DNA of 64,000 bases. It comes from an uncultured archaeon. Lineage in GTDB: Archaea; Asgardarchaeota; Heimdallarchaeia; Heimdallarchaeales; Kariarchaeaceae. The position numbers and the translations under genes are program-made. The DNA is taken from contig CAZYCQ010000001.1 of assembly GCA_964645535.1 (NCBI GenBank), positions 99,017-163,016 on the forward strand. Reading direction: 5' to 3'. The notes under the pieces are model-generated. The model ran no database searches and had not been told where the DNA came from. It saw only the letters and a program-made list of their open reading frames with translations. Below are positions 59,752 to 64,000 of the stretch, piece by piece. Every line of letters starts with the position of its first letter. Position 1 is the first letter of the stretch.

Positions 59752-59926
59752 TACAATCACCTCCACTGCTATGATATCAGTAGAGTAGTACCTATGATAT
59801 AATAGCAACCCATGCAATTTATAATTTTCTATTGATGTCAACTAAAACATTTACCTGAACATCAATTTGCATAGGACAGCTGCTAGTCAACTTAAGAATG
59901 CTTACAAAAATCTGATGCAATAGCTT

Positions 59927-61150
59927 TTGAACCAACCCCCTAACAGTTCCCTTTTCAAGAAAGTTGCAGAACTAAATATAGTGATCCCAAACCAGAATGA
60001 TACTTTCCCCATGATCGAAAACGTCATCTATTTGGACAATGCCACAATGAATCCAATTCCCAAAACAACGTTGAGAAGAATGCAGGAGGTAATGCAAAGA
60101 TCAATTCCCTCGTATGATCTTAGCATCCATTCAATTTCAAGGGAGGCAGCAGACCTCCTTGAACAGGCAGAAGTTGAGATATGTAAATGGTTCGGGATGG
60201 AAGAAGGAAAAATTCAGTGGGCACCAAGTCGAGATTTTGCTACAAATCTTGCAATACGATCCATGGCGAAGAACAGAAAAGTATTCATGTCAATGTATGA
60301 TGACTTGGCAATCCACGGATCAAGCATTGCAATGCAGCAGAAAACAGTCCTTGTCGATGAAAGAACCATGACTTGGGAGGAGGAGCTTGCAGAGAAAGGG
60401 GAGAATGAAGACATTGTTGTGATCAATCAAATTTCTCCGGCCCTTGGGACGGTAAGAGATATAAAGAAGATAATAGAGATTGCCAACGATCTCGGATTGA
60501 AAACGGTTGTGGATTTTTCATTCTCGGCAGGCCAATTCAACGTCAGTTCCTATTTGGATGAAGTTTCCGTTGCAATTATCGATGGAACAAAGGATCTTTT
60601 CGGACCTATGGGATCAACAATTCTCATTGACAACACGCAAATTGAAAGACCGATATTTATGGGAACAAGAAACATACTGTCCTATGCATCACCATCCGAA
60701 TATCAAATCAACCGTAAGTCATTGGAATTAGGATTGCCCAATCTCCATTCGATCGTGGGTTTGGCCCAATCCATCCGTTTTCTAAGTGGAATTGGACGTC
60801 AAGCCATTGCAGACAAGAGGAATGAATTGGTTTCGAAATTGGAAGATGTCTTGACTGAAAGAAATGATCTCTTAAGACCGCATATATCCTATGGACAGGC
60901 CAATTTTACGGAAGAGAAATCGCCGATCCAAACCTTTTCTTTCCCAAAGGCTTCCGCTCACGATTTTGCCCTGATTAGTGATGAAATCTTCGGCCTGAAA
61001 GTAAGATCCGGACTTCTTTGTTCACATATCGCAATGAAAAAGCTTGGATGGAATGATGCAGTTCAAGTATCGACCCATTGCTACAATACACTTGAAGACA
61101 TTGATTTCCTCCAAAAGGCAATGGATGAGTTCAAGATGTTTATGATTTAG
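59927..61150 (+). CDS. Class V PLP-dependent protein, divergent SufS/CsdA-like
   Basis: IYLDNATM, DGTKDLFGPMG, ELGLPN, VRSGLLCSH, HCYNTLED. Confidence 0.8.
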   Translation: MNQPPNSSLFKKVAELNIVIPNQNDTFPMIENVIYLDNATMNPIPKTTLRRMQEVMQRSIPSYDLSIHSISREAADLLEQAEVEICKWFGMEEGKIQWAPSRDFATNLAIRSMAKNRKVFMSMYDDLAIHGSSIAMQQKTVLVDERTMTWEEELAEKGENEDIVVINQISPALGTVRDIKKIIEIANDLGLKTVVDFSFSAGQFNVSSYLDEVSVAIIDGTKDLFGPMGSTILIDNTQIERPIFMGTRNILSYASPSEYQINRKSLELGLPNLHSIVGLAQSIRFLSGIGRQAIADKRNELVSKLEDVLTERNDLLRPHISYGQANFTEEKSPIQTFSFPKASAHDFALISDEIFGLKVRSGLLCSHIAMKKLGWNDAVQVSTHCYNTLEDIDFLQKAMDEFKMFMI

Positions 61151-61190
61151 TTGACGAAACCTTTTTTTTTGATAAAAAGATTAGTTCCAC

Positions 61191-61652
61191 ATGTTTTCGG
61201 CCCTCTTCATTGTTGACGGATCTGGAGTGCCCCTATTCCAGATGACAGGATCCAATCCATCAGCGGAAGAGGGATTTAGTGCTGAACCGTTTTTGCTTTC
61301 AGGGTTCCTTACAATAACCTCGTCTTTTCTTGAGGATTTGGAGCATGGTACCCCAACAGAATTCAAAACCGACAAGTATACATTCTTTGTCTATAAAGAT
61401 CAAATATTGTTGACTGTGCTCGTTTCTCAAAATCTTGGCGCTATTGATTCCAAGTCTGTCATGTCCGCACTTGAAAAGATCCATGCGGAATTTGCGCTCA
61501 CCTACATGAGCAAGTTCAAACCCGGACAAATAATTTCCATAAATCACTATGAACAAAAGTATTTTGAGAAAAGAGCAAAAGAGCTATTGAAGCAAGCTCT
61601 CTATCAAAATGGCGACAAGGCTGTCAAGAGGATAAAGGAAAGCTTATGGTGA
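61191..61652 (+). CDS. Longin-like domain protein
   Basis: LFIVDGSGVPLF, LLSGFLTITSSF, LEKIHAEF..TY pattern typical of longin/TRAPP-like domains. Confidence 0.72.
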   Translation: MFSALFIVDGSGVPLFQMTGSNPSAEEGFSAEPFLLSGFLTITSSFLEDLEHGTPTEFKTDKYTFFVYKDQILLTVLVSQNLGAIDSKSVMSALEKIHAEFALTYMSKFKPGQIISINHYEQKYFEKRAKELLKQALYQNGDKAVKRIKESLW

Positions 61653-61730
61653 TACGGGTTCAAGAGGTGGACTAATTCCGAAACATGATAGTAAGAGCCA
61701 TTAATTCAAGCAGGAAGGAGAAGTGAGCGG

Positions 61731-62636
61731 ATGACGATCTATATCAAATATTGGGCAAATGGAACAATCGAGCTCATCTATATCAAGACTGGTTGGAGAA
61801 AGAAACGATATCATTTCCTGATTAATCCACAAGACGTAGCCCAAATCATTTCACCACAAGGAGAGATCAACTATGAAAGTGTGACACACATCATTGCTTT
61901 GGAGACCCCTTTTGCCAGTGAAGATTTTTATGAAAAGGTCGTCGAGATCTCCGAATGGCTAAATAAACCAATAATCACATCACAAGAAAGCTTTCCCGAA
62001 TTGAGAAAAAGAGGGGTGCCGGTTAGCCAATTAAGGTCAATAGAAACATTGGAAGAGATTTTTCAAGAAATAGACTTGGTTCCGGTCAGATACACGAAAG
62101 CCAGGTTTGACCCAAAGAATGAGAGGGTAAAACCCACAGAACAGGCAAATAGCCAAGTTTTCGTGGATGAAATCCTTCCTGAAACAGTTGTTGGATTTGT
62201 TGGTCTTGCCTTACGTCCCTTTCAACTATTGACCAAATTCTTTTTTTCTGCCTTTAAGCGCCAAATCAATCCGTTGACGATCTTACCCCTGACCAAGACA
62301 AAAAGGAGAGAGAGAAAAACGAACAATCACCAAATACCGGAACGGCATGTCTTTTTGGATTGCCTCATCAATCGCATAAGAGTTTTGATTCCACTAGATT
62401 CAGTGGGAAAGGAGAATCTGCCCAAGGCCATTCTGCAGATCAATCCGGACATTGTGATATCATGGGATCTCAATCTATCGGAATTGTTCTCATTCCCTGA
62501 AGGACCTCACAAGCTGATTTTGTTAGATTCAAGTTATTTCAAGGAAGAACCCACTTTTATTCCCAGAACATTCAATAAGCATTTACCGTTTGATGTAATT
62601 CTAAGTGGAAAAAATCAATGGGTGGAACTAACCTGA
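61731..62636 (+). CDS. Hypothetical protein
   Basis: 301-codon ORF filling the gap, with a purine-rich SD; no recognisable catalytic motif. Confidence 0.6.
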   Translation: MTIYIKYWANGTIELIYIKTGWRKKRYHFLINPQDVAQIISPQGEINYESVTHIIALETPFASEDFYEKVVEISEWLNKPIITSQESFPELRKRGVPVSQLRSIETLEEIFQEIDLVPVRYTKARFDPKNERVKPTEQANSQVFVDEILPETVVGFVGLALRPFQLLTKFFFSAFKRQINPLTILPLTKTKRRERKTNNHQIPERHVFLDCLINRIRVLIPLDSVGKENLPKAILQINPDIVISWDLNLSELFSFPEGPHKLILLDSSYFKEEPTFIPRTFNKHLPFDVILSGKNQWVELT

Positions 62637-63856
62637 GCCCAATTTGGTGCAGTTGCTTTGATTGCCTCTTCAATCACTGAGAAAGCCCAATCTATCTGTT
62701 CTTTGGTGATAATCAGAGGAGGTGCAAATCGGATGGTAGTTTCGTGAGTTTGCTTCGCCAAAAGCCCACGTTCCTTCATGGCAAGGACATACGGTTTTGC
62801 CTTGCCTGCCTCTTCGGTAAATTCAATTGCCAACAAGAGACCTTTACCCCGGACTTCCTTCACCACGTGTTTCGGAAGTGTCTTGAGTTTGGCCAAGAAA
62901 TATTCACCTAGTTCAGCGGCCCTCTCGGGAAGCTTTTCTTCAACCAATACATCTATTGCTGCGGATCCAACTGCACAGGCAAGAGGATTTCCACCGAAGG
63001 TTGATCCATGAGATCCGCTTGTAAGAACACTCATGACATCCCGTGAACCCAATGTTGCAGAAATAGGCATTATTCCTCCACCAAGAGCCTTGCCGACCAA
63101 GACAATATCAGGCTTGATTCCTTCATGCATGAAGCAGAAAGGCTTTCCAGTCCGTCCAAACCCAGTTTGGATTTCGTCTGCAATAAGAAGAACATTGTTT
63201 TCCTTGCAGATCTCGGCAACTGCTTTCAGATACCCCTCAGGAGGAACGATGACACCAGCCTCCCCTTGGATCGGTTCTACCAAAAATGCAACAGTGTTGG
63301 GAGTGATAGCCTCCTTCAGTGCTTCAGCATCACCAAATGGAATTTTCTTGAATCCAGGTGTGGGAGGACCAAAATCGCCGTAAGTTTCCGGATCTGAAGA
63401 AAAACCGACAATGGTCGTTGTGCGTCCATGGAAATTGTTCTCACAGACTATGATTTCTGCCTTGTCTTTCTCAACACCCTTTACTCGGTATCCCCAACGC
63501 CTTGCCACCTTAATTCCCGTTTCGACAGCCTCAGCACCAGTATTCATTGGACAGGCCATTTCATAGCCCGCATATTCACATAACTTCTTCAGGAAGCTTC
63601 CCAACCGGTCGTTGAAGAATGCACGTGAAGTCAAGGTAAGCCGATGCAGTTGTTTTTCTGCTGCCTCGACGATTTTGGGATGACAGTGACCCTGATTGAC
63701 TGCCGAATAAGCAGAAAGACAGTCCAAGTACTTCTTCCCTTCAACGTCATAGACATAAACCCCTTCCCCTTTCGAAAGGACGACAGGGATAGGTGTATAA
63801 TTGGGAGATGCCCAAGTTCTCTCAAGTTCGATGTATTCTTCAGTTTTGCTACCCAT
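62615..63856 (-). CDS. rocD: Ornithine--oxo-acid aminotransferase
   Basis: [61 protein letters not shown]. Confidence 0.95.
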   Translation of the reverse strand: MGSKTEEYIELERTWASPNYTPIPVVLSKGEGVYVYDVEGKKYLDCLSAYSAVNQGHCHPKIVEAAEKQLHRLTLTSRAFFNDRLGSFLKKLCEYAGYEMACPMNTGAEAVETGIKVARRWGYRVKGVEKDKAEIIVCENNFHGRTTTIVGFSSDPETYGDFGPPTPGFKKIPFGDAEALKEAITPNTVAFLVEPIQGEAGVIVPPEGYLKAVAEICKENNVLLIADEIQTGFGRTGKPFCFMHEGIKPDIVLVGKALGGGIMPISATLGSRDVMSVLTSGSHGSTFGGNPLACAVGSAAIDVLVEEKLPERAAELGEYFLAKLKTLPKHVVKEVRGKGLLLAIEFTEEAGKAKPYVLAMKERGLLAKQTHETTIRFAPPLIITKEQIDWAFSVIEEAIKATAPNWAQVSSTH

Positions 63857-63926
63857 AAGCACCTGACATGCCTTAGATAGTCTAGTATAAGAAATTTCCA
63901 ATGGCTGTCTTCAACCGAAGCTGAAT

Positions 63927-64000
63927 TTATTTGAATTCAGTATGTCCACAGTGCCCGCAGGTGAATCTGTCTTTGTGCTCAGCCATGAAGTAGCCCTCAC
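63927..64000 (-). CDS. rps27ae: 30S ribosomal protein S27ae (eS31), 3' end only
   Basis: Hand translation EGYFMAEHKDRFTCGHCGHTEFK-stop; not in the ORF track. Confidence 0.9.
   Translation of the reverse strand, partial: EGYFMAEHKDRFTCGHCGHTEFK

Overview
Gene-dense archaeal chromosome segment, most likely from an Asgard archaeon (probably Heimdallarchaeia). This is inferred from archaeal-type informational genes (pheS/pheT, alaS, aIF5B, rpl15e, rps27ae, Rpp30, Pop5, XPD-like helicase) found together with eukaryotic-signature-type genes: a Rab-like GTPase, a longin-domain protein and an OST48/Wbp1-like protein. The window also holds TCA genes (acnA, sucCD), rocD, an ILVBL/HACL2-like ThDP enzyme, an FTR1 iron permease, large surface proteins, a TetR-ABC exporter unit, two Hsp20 genes and tRNA-Arg(GCG). 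I saw no CRISPR array, transposase, integrase or rRNA. The main leads are: (1) an unannotated ~76-nt three-way-junction RNA at 14101-14176 with its own TATA box; (2) a membrane-tethered wHTH regulator divergent from a large subtilase whose architecture recalls site-1 protease; (3) the OST48/Wbp1-like protein with an extra N-terminal domain; (4) three dispersed TerB/EF-hand-like small paralogs; (5) a stand-alone PKS-type C-methyltransferase; (6) cis-regulatory RNA candidates, namely a k-turn leader of rpl15e and an SD-occluding hairpin before hsp20; (7) a metallophosphoesterase interrupted by one in-frame TAG. All family assignments come from motif recognition by eye; no searches were run.
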